This document shows, piece after piece, positions 35,841-49,561 of a stretch of 64,000 bases of DNA. The notes beneath the pieces were generated by a model. The model saw nothing but the letters and a program-made list of their open reading frames with translations. It ran no database searches and had not been told where the DNA came from. A program made the translations under genes and the position numbers. The DNA is from Thalia democratica (Eukaryota): NCBI GenBank assembly GCA_965202585.1, contig OZ241826.1, positions 93,992,001 to 94,056,000 on the forward strand, read 5' to 3'. How positions within the stretch are numbered: position 1 is the first letter of the stretch; each line of letters opens with the position of its first letter.

Positions 35841-35900
35841 CTGGGATGGCTAAACTGCGGCCCACAGGCAAAATCGGTGCGAAAAAATAAAATATTGTCG
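35841..35900 (+). mobile_element. Isolated hAT-type MITE terminus
   Basis: CTGGGATGGCTAAACTGCGGCCC resembles CAGGGGTGGCCAAACTGCGGCCC hAT ends; no partner end found. Confidence 0.5.
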
Positions 35901-36351
35901 CAAGTGACCATTTATTTGTTTGAAAATTACTACCAAAAATTGTTGTTGTGGTGGGAATTAAATTTTAATTAAATTTAATTGGAAATTGATAAATGTCACC
36001 ATTTATTTTTGTTGTTGTTTTGAAAAATGCTGTTTACTGCGAATAAGGGAAAACTTTTACTGAAGGTAGATGTAAACTAATACATAACTGTTGATTTTTG
36101 ATCTATCTTATTTAAAAGTAGAAAAACGTAAAGTATTTAAAAGTTTTTTATTTTATAACGATGACTATGTATACATTTTTTTAATAACTAGTCTGAAGAT
36201 AGTTTTTAAAAAAGGTAATGCAAACAAAAACAAAACACTATTGATATATAGGTAACTTAGTTATTAATTGTAAAACTCAAACATTTTATTATAAAACGTA
36301 ACGATCGAAGTAATAGTAAATAATAACGTTATACTAAATACCAGATAACGT

Positions 36352-36714
36352 TTAGTAATCAATCCTTACGAAAATTCGAACTATATTTGAACTTGGACCA
36401 GCACTCTTGATAAACTGTCTGAAAGCAGCAACAGATCCATTCAATAATGCATCAGGAATCAAATGATTTTCACCTAATACCGTATAAAAGCAACTGATTC
36501 TTCCATTTTCAATGTAAAGCTTCATATCATTATATGAGGGCTGACAACTAGAGGTAACAAAAATTTTAATAAAACTTGCCAAACAAAACCCATACACTGT
36601 TGAATCAATTAGTGCCCAGTTGAAATTTTTACGGTTAACCAACCTTATTATCGTACAGCCATTTCTACCTTCCATTGGTTGAATGTCGAGCAAACTTCTA
36701 AATTGGTAATCCAT
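36352..36714 (-). CDS. 120-aa orphan protein (possible beta-grasp/PB1-like fold, speculative)
   Basis: Open GC-richer island with globular composition. Acceptor TTTTAACAG about 20 nt upstream of the ATG, and a GTAACT donor about 70 nt further upstream. Confidence 0.7.
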   Translation of the reverse strand: MDYQFRSLLDIQPMEGRNGCTIIRLVNRKNFNWALIDSTVYGFCLASFIKIFVTSSCQPSYNDMKLYIENGRISCFYTVLGENHLIPDALLNGSVAAFRQFIKSAGPSSNIVRIFVRIDY

Positions 36715-38249
36715 GTCTAAATTATGAGGAAAAGCTGTTAAAATTTAAAAAAATTGTTTGATTGAGTAATTAAGCTAGTCTAAAAATTTTAATCAAAAAT
36801 CAAGTTACATTTATCGAAGTAAAAGTAATTAAATATATAATGCTAACTTATTTTAATTGGGACCGAAAATTTAAAAGTTAAACTACGAAACAATCAGTAA
36901 ACTCAACGTTAAAATTAAAAAAAGGCTAGCTAGTATACAAATGTTTTCAATTATACTAATAATCAATACGTTCGAATTTTAAGTTCATTCCAACTTTAAA
37001 TTTTCTAACTTTTAATTTTCGTTGTTAAAAAAGTTTTTAAATACAGCAAATATATTTTATTTTTTTTAAATAAAACAAAAAATTCCTTAACAATTATAAA
37101 ACTATAAATAAGTAAAATAAAAAGAACAGTATTTGTATATTTCAAGTATTATGATACTCATTCAAGTCATCTAGTATGCTGCGTACTTTTTATTATTATT
37201 TATATTTATTTAAAATTAACCTATTTAAATTATAAATTCAATTATACTGAATAGTAGATTTCAATTATTATCTTTCTAATTAATAATCTAACAAACTAAC
37301 TAAAGTTCAGGATGTAAAGAAATAAAAAAGCACATTTTAATTTGTCAATTACAAAATATTAGATCTAAAATTTGTCTTTATAAAGTTACTAATTATAAAA
37401 TAATTTAACTGTTTTAATATAAGTGTAAAATTCAAAATTTTGATGAATTTTTAGTACAAAACCTACTAAATGTAATTAACTTTTAGATAAATTATATTGT
37501 AAAAAATACGTACATCTTAAACTATAATATAATTTAAAGTTTGTTGTAATAGAATTAAAACAGTTATTTTTATAAAGAAGCTTATGCACTTGCCAAAAAT
37601 ATATTGAATTGAATAGACAAATTAGTATCTATTTAATAACAGTAACACAAAATTTCTATGAATAACTACTTTTCATTTATACAACAAACTTTATTGATTG
37701 TTAATTGCAAGATGACAAAACTTGAGGTAATTTACAGAAGTACAAACAAGACAGTAATAATTTACTGATAGTTTTCTAAGTAGTTGTAACATATTTTCAA
37801 AAGTTAATTGCAAAAGTTGAACATGTGGTATAAAATAACGCAGATACTTTTGTTTTCATCTTTTACACTAACATAAACTATATTATAGCAAATAATCGCA
37901 TTCTAATTGTAACTGTTTTTATTTTTAAATTAATTGAAATCATGTTAAAGATTAACTTTAGGTACTTATTACAATATGTCATACAAAAAACTAAAATCAT
38001 AATAATCATGGTAAAACTAAAGTTAAAAAATAATTAATACTCAATCTGTAGACGAAAAAAAAAACCTCAATTAATTATTATTGTAAATTTGTCAAATATA
38101 AAAGTTATATTATTTAATTGAATTAAACTTAAACTAATTAATTTAAATATGTTTTCAATTAAGTAATTTTTGTTCTATTCATAAAATTTACTGATCATTA
38201 AACTGTGAATTTGTCAACAACAGGGATTTAACCTTAAAACATTCAACTC

Positions 38250-38700
38250 AGAGAGTCAATTTGATTTAAAACACAAGTTAATTCTTTATGTTAGTTTACT
38301 TTGTGGTCCATCTATTCTTAAATTCTTCTTGTTATATATCTTCTATCTGTATTTGCTCTTTTGTAACAGAAAAATGTAAATTTCAAAAAATGTTAGTTTT
38401 TTACTCACCAAAAACATTTCAATAGTACAAGATCCTCTCTCACACTTACTTTTTTTATTCTCTCTCATCATTTTAACCAAATCTTCACCTTTGAAATGAA
38501 TTTTTTTGCAATAGTTTTCTATTTGATAATCGAAAGCTACAATAATCTATTTGTATACAAATTAGATGTTTTCAATTTGTTCAGTATTCACGACACTAAA
38601 AGTGCTAGAGAGTACCGTAAAAAGAAAATTATTTTTCAGGAGTTCAAAACTAAGTTTAAACAAATACTTGAAGTTAAAGAGACAAGGTCTTAAAAGCTGA
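38250..38700 (-). pseudogene. Decayed unknown ORF
   Basis: One minus frame reads about 110 codons with only two stops (..EQIENI*FVYK*IIVAFDYQIENYCKKIHFKGEDLVKMMRENKKSKCERGSCTIEMF..). Confidence 0.35.
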
Positions 38701-39882
38701 ATAATTGAGAGAAAAGCGAGTTTTTTAAGTGTTTACGTTTCTGTAGATTTGCTGCAGAAACGTACCCAAGCTACGTGTCTGCTTTCTAATGAAATTACTA
38801 AATAGTAATTGCTTTAGACCTGTACTTAAGCAGTAGATAAGTTAGCTCATATATGTTACATAATGTTTTTAAGTTTTTTTTTCAGCTATTTTTCATTTAG
38901 TTCTAAAAAAATTACTACTTTTTACCACATTAAAAAAATTAAAGGTTATTTAAGAAATTGACCAAAAAAATATGTTAAAGTATATTTAAGTTTTTTAATT
39001 TAAATTTGAAACTAAAATATTGTAGCTATCAAAAGTTACGTACTCTTAAAAGGTAATTGGTTTGAATTTCTAAAACTTATGTCTAACTTTGTGTTTAGGG
39101 GATATGCTATCAAGCTGATATACTTTCATAGTTTAATGATCAGTACATTTTATAATAACAAAACGAACTGAACTAAGTCTTTAAAGCATTATTATAGATC
39201 TTAACATAAAAAGCAGCTTAACGTTACAATCAAACTTAATTTAATCAAACTAATATACTATACCTTTTCAAAAAAAGGTACAAGCTATAAATTTTGTTTT
39301 ATTAATCTCAAAAAAAAACTATGTTATTTTAGTTTTATTTCTGCATTATATAAAACTAAGTTTTAAATTTATTTTCTATTCTAATTAGCAAACACAACAG
39401 AGTCATTTATAAATTTTAATTACGACTGATTAAGAAAAGCACAGTAAATTAAAAATAATGATAAAATAATGTTGCTGCCTTTTAGAGCATAGAATGGTTT
39501 CACCACTTTTTATTAAAATTTTACCTATTTTTTGTTAATATTTAGTTCTAATTATTATATATTTTTTTAAACTAACTTTAAAAGTATTTGTCAAAAAGTA
39601 TTTTGTAAATAGTTTTGAGCCTGATTCCTAATCGTTGATTATATTAAACTCTGATTAATTAATAAAGTATAAATACCTTCATAGAAAAGCTTAAATGTTT
39701 TTAAAGAGATTTAAGCTTAAACAGTGTATTGTTAAAAATTTTTTTTAATTTAACATCTAAACTTAATCTAGTTTATGAAAAAAGATAAACTCATATTTAT
39801 ACTCATACCTTTTTTTTTATGGTTACTTGAAAGTTTTTATTTATTCTCTGAAATTGTTACATTTTTCAGCTAAAGTTTCAAA

Positions 39883-40566
39883 ATGTCTCAGTTTAGTAGA
39901 AGTGAATTAGTGTCTCTTGCTGAAATGTGTCATAAAAATTATCGTCATGAGGATGTAATTAGCTACATGAAGGAAGTAATTAAAATGGGAACACCACTCA
40001 ACTTTAAAGAAAGAAATATCATATTCTACAGTTACAGTCAGCTAATAAAACCATATATCAATTCCTTTATTTCCTGTGATGATTCAAGTGTAGATGCAAA
40101 ACTACAGAGGGAAATAAATCAGAAAGCAAAATCAGAAACAAACAGGATATCTGATGATGTTATTGAGTTGTTAAATAGTTATTGGATTAAAAGAGACAAC
40201 AATATCGAGGCTGTTGCAGATTACAAACATTTTAAAGCAATTCAACATGAGTATTTAGCTGTTACTGCATCACGACAAGTGAGGAATTCAGCAATCAGTA
40301 AAGCAATGAAGTTATATGAGGAAGCATATGAAATTGCAAGTAAAAATCTTAGTCCTGCCTATCCACTTGTAATTTTGATTGCATTAGATCTTATAAATTT
40401 TTGTATTTTTTTTGAGGTTTCTGTTAATAACGCTCTTACTATTGCTATTGATGCCTACGACAAAGGTTTGTCTCATCTACAAGAAATACATGAGGAGTTG
40501 AAGTTTCGTGCTAATGAATTGCTAGTTGTATTAAAACAAAAAATCGATGATTTGAAACAGCTGTGA
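39883..40566 (+). CDS. Divergent 14-3-3-like protein, copy 1 (227 aa)
   Basis: 14-3-3 framework: ELVSLAE..EDVISYMKEV..LNFKERN, KLYEEAYEIASKNLSPAYPLVILIAL. Single-exon CDS; TTTTTCAG acceptor 13 nt upstream of the ATG. Confidence 0.9.
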   Translation: MSQFSRSELVSLAEMCHKNYRHEDVISYMKEVIKMGTPLNFKERNIIFYSYSQLIKPYINSFISCDDSSVDAKLQREINQKAKSETNRISDDVIELLNSYWIKRDNNIEAVADYKHFKAIQHEYLAVTASRQVRNSAISKAMKLYEEAYEIASKNLSPAYPLVILIALDLINFCIFFEVSVNNALTIAIDAYDKGLSHLQEIHEELKFRANELLVVLKQKIDDLKQL

Positions 40567-41964
40567 AGTTTTTGGTATGCGTTTGATGAACTAGAACTTT
40601 GGTTATCAATTTATTTTTATTGACTTAGTTTAATAATGTTGTTGTTTAGTTTCGTCTAAAAAACTTGTTTAATAAATTAAACTTGCTAAGTAAGTCTATT
40701 AGTTTTGGTAAATTAAACATATGTTTTGTTTTATGTAAAAAAATCTTCAGAAGGAAACAAAAATATTTAAAGGTTTAACTAAAAACATTTAATAGATATA
40801 ATGGTAGATTAAATCAGTCATTAAATTTGTTACTTTCGTCTGAAAGTCAGAATTCTTAAATTTGACTGTTTTCACTAATTTATTATTCTAATTAAGTCGA
40901 TAATCTTCTGAAGTATGTTGTTGTTTTGACTTGCAGTTCAAAATTTTATTTTTTCAGATAAGTTTAAAATTACTTCGGGCCTTGTTTAATTAGTTTGTTG
41001 ATGTGGGTATGTAAAATTTAAAATAAACTATAACAAGTTATTATAAACTACTCATATACCTTACTTTTACATCGTATACGCTTTGAAATTTGTCTGATTA
41101 TGTTTAAGTTATAACAAAATTGATAAAATCAAAGTTTGCATCATTATCTATTAACAACTGAATAAATAGATATAAATAGACTACAATATAACTAAAATCA
41201 TTAGCACAAAAAAATATTATTAAAATCTAATATAATATATTTAACGATAAATTAAAATTTAATATAAATATTCAAATTATAACGCTTAAAACTGATTTCG
41301 ATATATTATTTGAAGTTGAAACATAACTTCAACAACAGATAGTGATAGTCGAAAACAACTTTAGCTAAATCTATTGACGGCTCTAAAAATCAAAAAATAA
41401 AAATCTGGCAAAAGAAAAGCTAAAATAAATTTTGGAACTTAAACACTACCGCGGTGTAAACGAATTAAACAACAATTTTACGCTATTAGAATTGCTCAGA
41501 ACGATTTAAATACATTCTATAAAAATACTTTTTTATCAATATTCAAATGCAAACTATTTTTGGAAAGTTTTTTTTAATTTTTGTTTGTGCAGTTAAATAA
41601 GTTTTGTATTGCAGCTACACCAAGCTTTTCGACACGTAACCGAAAACCGTTGAACGAGAAAAAAAAGAAAAGCCGCGAGCGCTTAACATTGGTACGTTTT
41701 CAACCAAAACTTTTTGCTGACTTTCAATTAAAATAAAATCCTACCGCGTATAAACTTCTCAAGTAGGACAAGAAATGGTTAATGACACCACAATCACCAC
41801 CACTTTGGTTTTCTAGCTTAAGAGCAGGATACCTTTTTTCAAGATTTCAAACCTCTTTTTGTTTTACAAAGTTTGTTCAAAACTGTTGTAAAATTTACGA
41901 ATGATAAAAAAGAGATAAATAGTTTTAATTTAACGATTTTATTTTAAAGTGATGTAAATCAAAA

Positions 41965-42200
41965 GGGTATATTCGTGCAAAAGAGACGCTTCGAGAAAGT
42001 TAAAATCGTGCAAAATTGACGATCTTTTTGTATGGGAATGTATTCGGGTTAGAATTAATTGGGTGGAATTAGATTTAGGTGAGAAATGTTCAAATGGAAA
42101 CAGATTCGTGTAGGTATTGATTAGATAGGAATTGATTCTGGTTGTAGTTAATTGATAGGGATCTTTCTGGATTGGAATTGTGGCTAAATTTAATTGTTTC
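41965..42200. repeat. Adjacent fragments of two MITE families (CGTGCAAAA array; AATTAATTGGGTGGAATT type also at about 25180-25260)
   Basis: Motif matches to other copies within the window. Confidence 0.5.
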
Positions 42201-44049
42201 ACAATTCTAGAAGTAAATTAAAAACAAGACTTAAAGTTTTTTTTATGCGATTTTCTAGTAAGAATTTTTTCAAATGTTTATTTATGAAATAACATAAATT
42301 ATAATCTGTAAATGATACCCTTAGAAATATATCAATTTTGTGTTTTTTATATTTTTAACGCAGTGTTTTACCCTGTTAATATTTGTACTTATTTCTTACT
42401 TAAAAAAACTAATTGTTGTTCCAGTGTACAGGCTTATTTTTTATTTTGTTTTAACTCCGCTTAAAAAACAATTTTGAAATCAATACAGATCTAGTATAAC
42501 TTCGATAATGAAATAAGCAAATGAGTTTTAGTAGTCTACAATCATAGAAAATATTAGAAGAGTATTTAGTAGATAATGAAATTTATCGTTTCTAAAACTA
42601 AATAGAAATATATACAAAAAATTATAGTATATTAAAGTCAATAAAGTAGTTAAATAATTAGGATTAAGTTTATATGAGTTTTTTAAGCTAATTTAATACA
42701 AAGACATTTGTTAAAAAATTATTATAAGAATATGCACGCTTTCTGATAGTAAAGTTTTAAATTTGATATATAGCTATAGAACTTAATTTCATGAAAATAA
42801 TTATTATTATAAAAACTAGTAGTTTATGTATCCCGCAGTCACCCGATTTAATTGAAGTAATTCTATGTCTAATAGAAAATTAACATTATAGGTAAACTAG
42901 CTTTAAATTCCACCTATTATGCAATATAATAAATTTTATTATAAATCGTTGTGAAACAATTGGTCATTGGTAATTTTTATACTTACATGAAAAATTAAGT
43001 ATAAGACCATGGTATTGAAGTATTTCTTATCGTTATAAATGCTACACTCTCAAACCTTTTGTAATCAAAATGGTGTTTACTAATAATTATCAATCAAAAA
43101 CGTTGTAGATAAAACTGAGATAATGGTTTCTTGCTTTTATACAAAGTCAAGTTACGTCTTGTTTACTCGCTTAACTTTGATGGATAACATTTAATAAAGT
43201 AATTTTTTAACTTAACCGTTTTTATTATAACATAATAATTACGAAAATACGTTACATTAAACACATGAAACAAGTTGACTGTACATTGGCGAGGCAATTA
43301 TTATTGAAAACTTAGATAACAGGACTATTTAGTATATGTTTTAATTATTAATTTTAGTTTTATATAACAAATGATATTGTTACTATATAAGATGTATTGC
43401 TTTTTAACTTAATATTGTGACTTGATTTTTGTAATAAACCTTAGCTTTGTATAGTTTGTTATTAATACTATATTTTTGGTAATAAAGTTTTTGACCTAAA
43501 TATTATTTTTATTGTATACATTTTCCTACAACCTAGAAAAATTCTTATTATAAAAAACTTAAAATAAAAACTTTGCTAAGATGAAATAATCAAATCTTTT
43601 TGAGAATAAGAAAATACTTAATAAAGCAATGCTTAAATTTATTTAAATATCAAGGGAATAAAAAGGCATTTGATATTAGTTACTTAACAAAAAGAAAACT
43701 AAAACAATCAAAAAAAGTTATAATATCTAGCACATTATAAATTTAACAAGATCTTATAGTCTTACAAAAATTTCTTAATACTCAAATGCTTTGTTTTGAT
43801 ACAAAAGTGTATCCTAGATTATTTAAATTAATTTATATAAAACTAGTTATTCAAACAAGTCTTTATTTATAAGTTGCTCTGCTATTTTTGTAGCATAAAT
43901 AGTTAGTCAGTTTCAAAACATTATCGATTTTAAACTACAATCTTTAAAGAATTTTTTCATTATAGTTTTAGTTACGTTCTCACAGCTTGTATAAATAATT
44001 TCGTTTAACTTACAAAATTAATACTAAAACTTCATTTTGATAACAAAGA

Positions 44050-44460
44050 TGCACAATGCAAGAACTGGTCAAAGTTACACGAAGAAAATTTTGTATGGTG
44101 GTTCATTTTTCCACAAGTGTCATTTTTGCACGAAAGTCAAAAAAAGAACAGGAAAAAGAAAAAATAAATAAAAAAACAAAAAAAAAACTGAAGATAAATA
44201 ATTTAAAAAACGAAACAAAGAAAAAAAAAAATTCGGATCAAGGGTAAGGTTAGGGGTAATACTGATAGTAAAAAAAATAAATTGACAAAAATAACTATTA
44301 AAAAAAAAGAACTAATTAAACTAAAACAAAAGCTACCAACCGAGGGTAAGGGTTACGGGTAAGAGTAATAACAAAATAAAATATGAACAAATAATAAATA
44401 ATATAAAAAACATATTGATAAACAAAAAACATATATCTAGCTCGTCTTTTTTATGTAGCA
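44050..44460. mobile_element. Partial TTTGCACG-family MITE with GGGTAAGGGTTAGGG motifs
   Basis: GTCATTTTTGCACGAAAG, GGGTAAGGTTAGGGG, CCGAGGGTAAGGGTTACGGG. Confidence 0.55.
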
Positions 44461-45632
44461 GCACTACACCTATCACATCACAGTTGATATCAATAATACA
44501 ACTATTACATCACAATATATTACAACAATAAAACTATTACATCACAGTAGATCGTAACGATACAACTATCACAGTAGATAACAACACTACAACTATCACA
44601 TCACAGTAGATTGTAATAAAAAAACTACATCACGGTTGTACGCAACATTATGGATATATGATCATCATATCTTCGTTGTTTAATTACTTAAGAAACCAAC
44701 CTTTTTGTAATTTAACTTTTTAAAAGGCTCAGTTTTTTTAGGGTTGTCTTAAGTTTACATAAATGTTAATCCTAGAGGTCATAACAAGTTTAAAGTAACT
44801 GTCGGAAAGCAGTAAATCTGTAAAGGAATACCAGTTACACTGCGTTTCAATTTAGTTGAATACTGAATTATATAGAAGAAAGTTAAATTAAGGAGAAATT
44901 AATTCTTATGAAATAATCACTAAACTATGTTCAGCTATATGAATATTTAGTTTGGGCAGTGACATTCACTCTAAACCAAGTTGCTGCTGTTAACATGTTG
45001 TCCAAAAAAAATTTGTATTTTTTATTCTCAAACTTTAAGTTTTTTTTCAAACAGTACGTTTTCTAAATAGCAGAATTTAAGAGTTAAGTTTAAGTACTCA
45101 AAAGTAATAAGTTTTTGTACATTAGTAAAGTATTTTCCTTTTGAATTTAATTCTTATGTAAAGTTTTGACAACATTTATTTATTTTGTAAAGTATGACGT
45201 TCTTTATATATTTATTAGTTAGTTTTATTGTTCTTAAATACATTATGTTCTTTCAAGTCGTGCCTAGTTTTCATAAATCCATTTAATTATCTTTTGTTAC
45301 CAGCATTAGTTATGTTAAAGTTATTACTTATTTATAATGGGTTATAGTGTAGGTTTAAAGTACACTGTAACCTTCTTTACAATTTATAATTAATGGTTTT
45401 TCAAATAATTGTGCTATACTAATTTGTATCGTTGCAATCTACTGTGATGTGATAGTTGTATTGTTGTGATCTACTGTGATGTGATAGTTGTAACGATGCG
45501 ATCTACTGTGATGTGATAGTTGTAACACTGCAATCTACTGTGATGTGCTAGTTGTAACACTGCAATCTACTGTGGTGTGATAGTTGTATTGTTGCGATCT
45601 ACTGTGATGTGATAGTTGTATTGTTGCGATGT
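44461..45632. mobile_element. Foldback-like element with 32-bp inverted arrays (copy 2)
   Basis: Left array about 44461-44650, right array about 45424-45632; the spacer is homologous to 7976-8740. Confidence 0.8.
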
Positions 45633-48174
45633 TTTGAAGACTTTAGGTTTAAAGCAACACGTAATACAAACTTGAGCTTAAAACAATTTGTATAGTTATT
45701 CTGTTAACAAACATAATTATTTATTAATGAAGTTGAAAATAAAGTATAGATAGAAGACAAATTAATTTTGAGAAGTATGAAAAAAAATAAAATGTTGCTT
45801 GTTCATTGCATTTAACGAATTCAAAAAAAAGTGGTTAGAAACATTTCTATTTGTAAAAATGATAATTAAATGTATGTTGAAAATAATATTGAAAGTACAA
45901 TAGCTAAATTCAAACAACATTAAATTATTTTTCCAGTAAAAACAATTATATAAATATGTAAAGAAAAACCGAAATTAAAGTAGCTTTTAAAAGCTCAACT
46001 AATAAACAACTAGACGTTCATGACAAATTATTTTTTCAGCACACTAAAGCCTTGTTTTGAATAAAAGTTTAAATATCTTCAAGAAAATATATGTTTAACT
46101 ACGATTTGCTATTCCAGCTGAAAATATACTAAGGAAAAGACCACCGGAAGACAGTTAGGGAACTACTGCAAATAAAGAAACAGAAAACAACAAAATTATA
46201 ACTAATGTATGAGTTTTTTTCGCTAGTTTTAGTTTCAAACAGGTAACTCACCTGGATGTATAAACTAAAATTTAGAAAAAAATACTTTAATGTTATAATA
46301 GAAATAATAAATTTCGATTTACAAAAAAATCAATTTATGAGAAGCACTCCGACAAAATACTTATTGTAATAATACGAAGAAGTAAGAGAATATATTAAAT
46401 TAATCATGAAAAGTACCTATAATAAAATGGAGAGTTGACAATCTCTAAAAACATGAAAAAAAAACTATACTTAAGAGTGACTGTTGCACTTTATGGTGAC
46501 ACTTAAATAAATTTTAAAGTTTTGTACATACGCAGCTCTTGTCATCTTTAATACTATGATAAGTTTTGAAACGTTAAGTATTTGAAGAATCAAACCTTAT
46601 GAAATTCAAAACACACCAACAAGTCAAAATGACATCAAAAATATTGGAGAAGGAAATTTATTTGCTTTTGTAATTACGAAGGATATACTTTTGTTATTTT
46701 TAGTGTTATATAGTGGTATCAAAAATTATAAATCTACATGTGCTGGTAGATATTTTTAAATAGATTTTCTGTTTTTTTTATGCCCTAATCATTGACACAG
46801 TTCTGCTGAAAATAAGACAAAAATACATTGTGTTAGATAGGTTAAACTAAAAAATAAACATCGAAATAAAGAAGAAACATAAAAAGCAATAAAGTAGGTA
46901 CACACAGAACCAAAAAAAGTCTACAAGCAAGTAGGAAATTATTCATTGTTATGTAAAAAATGTATCCTTCCATCATAAAGAGAAGAAAAAACAGTATTAA
47001 ATAATTCATGATAAGTACTAAACACTTAATTCAGAAAAAACCATTTCATAAAAAAATAATTCTATAAGAACAAGTTTAGTACCTAATAGTAAAAATTATA
47101 AAAGTTAGGAATATTATATTTAAAAATAAATTATATAAATAAATATATATAAAGTAAATAAATTTAGGAATACAATATGATAATAAATATAAAAAAAAAA
47201 TAATAAACTTTAGGCGTATACATACTGGATGAATCAACTAAACATTTATTACTTTATGATCTTGAATCCATTTCAAATCCCTTGAAAGTAGAAACAAAAG
47301 ATAACATAAAGATGTTAGAAAGTAATAACTGCTATCTATTAAATTTATATAATGATAACTATTTTTTTTCATTTATTTAAATTAAGGTTGTTAATCTTAG
47401 AAAAATAAGACAAAAGCAAAAATGAGAATTTAAAAAAGTAGTAGAAGTCTAACTTGGTTTGAAAATTCATCTTAGTAATACGCTGTCATCTCTGTGTAGC
47501 AGATGACAATTAAACTTAATGGTAAAAAAATAAAGTTAAAATTATCAGTTTTTTTGTGATGTATTAAATAAAAGTTTGATTTAAAAACTAAGCAACAACT
47601 TTAATGTTTATATAAAGAAGTATTTTTAAACAAACTAATTTATCATCCTGAGACTGTCAAGTATAACTAATACAATTAGCAGAATTATTTTAGGTAACTT
47701 AATAAATTTGTATAATTAATGTTTCATTAAAGAATTACATGTGGAAAAAAAAAAATTGATAAAAATGTTGCAACTATGTACATAAAATATACGTTTTTTA
47801 AATATAAATGTTCGCTACAAAGAAAGTAGAGTTACACATGTAAAATATGAAGTATTTTAGTTTTAACGGAATTGAAATATGATACTTCCGTGTTAAAAAC
47901 ATGAAATTATTATTTTGAAATATTAACTTTCGTTATTTAAAAATTATCGTACTTTAATTAGTGTATTCTAACTAAAACACATTACCGATAAATTAAAAGT
48001 GTTTGTTCATTTATTGAATAAAAACAAATAATTTTACTTAATGCTCAATAAAACCCTTAATATCCTACAGTAATTGCTTAATAATTTCACTATATTATTG
48101 TAAAACCGAGTTTTATTTTAATATACTTTTATTTTGAAAAAACATAACAATACTTGTAAACGTGTACATATATA

Positions 48175-48826
48175 TGTAGCAAACGGGTCTAAATTGCACG
48201 AAGATAAAATTGCACGAGGTTATTAAATTGCACGAGAACAAAGTTGAACGAGAAAAAAATTGCATGAGTGCACAAAATTGCACGAAGCCAAATTTGCACA
48301 AAGCCAAATTTGAACGAGAGCAGAAATATGTACGAGGGAAAAAAATTTCACGAAGACGATTTTGCACCGAGGGCAAATTTTGCATAAGTTAAATTTTTGC
48401 ACGAGAGTAAAAAAAAAAAAAACAGAAAAAAAAAATACTGACCGAGGGTAAGGGTTTGGGGTAACAATGATAGTAAAAATAAAAATAAACTAAAAGAATT
48501 AAAATAGAAAAAATTAGATTCAAAATATAAAAAAAAATATACAAATTTTTGGAAATAAAAATATAATGCTACCGACCGAGGGTAAGGGTTAGGGGCAACA
48601 GTGATAGTAAACAAAAAAAATAAATAAACAACCCGTGCAAAGTTGTCTCCGTGCAAAATTGTTTGCTTGTGGAAAAAGTATATTCGTGTAATTTTATCTT
48701 TGTGCAATTTTATTCCCTTGTGCAAAAGTATTTTCGTGCAAAAGTATCTTTGTGCAATTTTGTAAACTCGTGCAATTTCGTCCCCTCTTGCAATTTTGTA
48801 CGCTAGCGCAATTGAGACAGCTACCC
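48175..48826. mobile_element. Near-complete MITE with inverted AAATTGCACGA arrays and telomere-like internal motifs
   Basis: Left end TGTAGC..GGTCTAAATTGCAC; right end GCAATTGAGACAGCTACCC; flanked by ATATAT on both sides. Confidence 0.8.
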
Positions 48827-49561
48827 ATATATGTTTGCTATTATAGGCTTACTTTAAGTTACATAAATAAAACTGTTTAATTTATTAGTTCCTTTAAAAT
48901 TTATACACATTTTATGCACTAAAATGCCATTAAATGCGTAGATGTTGTGTATGCTTTTTTGGTCTAGAACAATTTTACTCTTAATAATTATTTCAACATA
49001 CAAACTGTTATTAAATGTAATAGAAGATGTTTAACAAGGTATTTTAAACTAAAAACAAAAGTTAAAAGGAAGCTATGTAAACAAAAAAAAAAGAGTAATA
49101 ATTTATATTAAATTGACCTAAAACAAAAATAACTGTAAAATCAAGTTGTTAAAAATTGATAGCGTTGGTTACTGTAAGTTTGTTACTAATTTGTGCATTT
49201 GTAATTTTCTTAGTTTTTTTTCATTACAACTTGATTGAGGGTTTTACATTTCATATAAGCCGGTAATTTCATAGTTAAATAAAATCATTAAAAACTTTGA
49301 AAATAGTTGAAAAGTAAACTGTTTTCTTAAAACACACGAGTTAGAATATATCTTAAAATATTCAAATATGGTTTAAATCTTAAATATTATGAGAGCTATT
49401 TGTGTTGTCAAAGTTTCAACTTAATCATTGTACCGGTTTACGTTAAATAACCATATGTAGAAAATAAGTTCTTTGTTTTAATAAATTACCAAAACATAAA
49501 ACATAATATACATTGTATTTTTTCAATTCTTTTAGTGCTTCTTAACCATTGAAAATTCTTA

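Noticed and set aside
38496-38693. 65-aa plus ORF
   Set aside because: More likely antisense to a decayed minus-strand ORF; no independent support.
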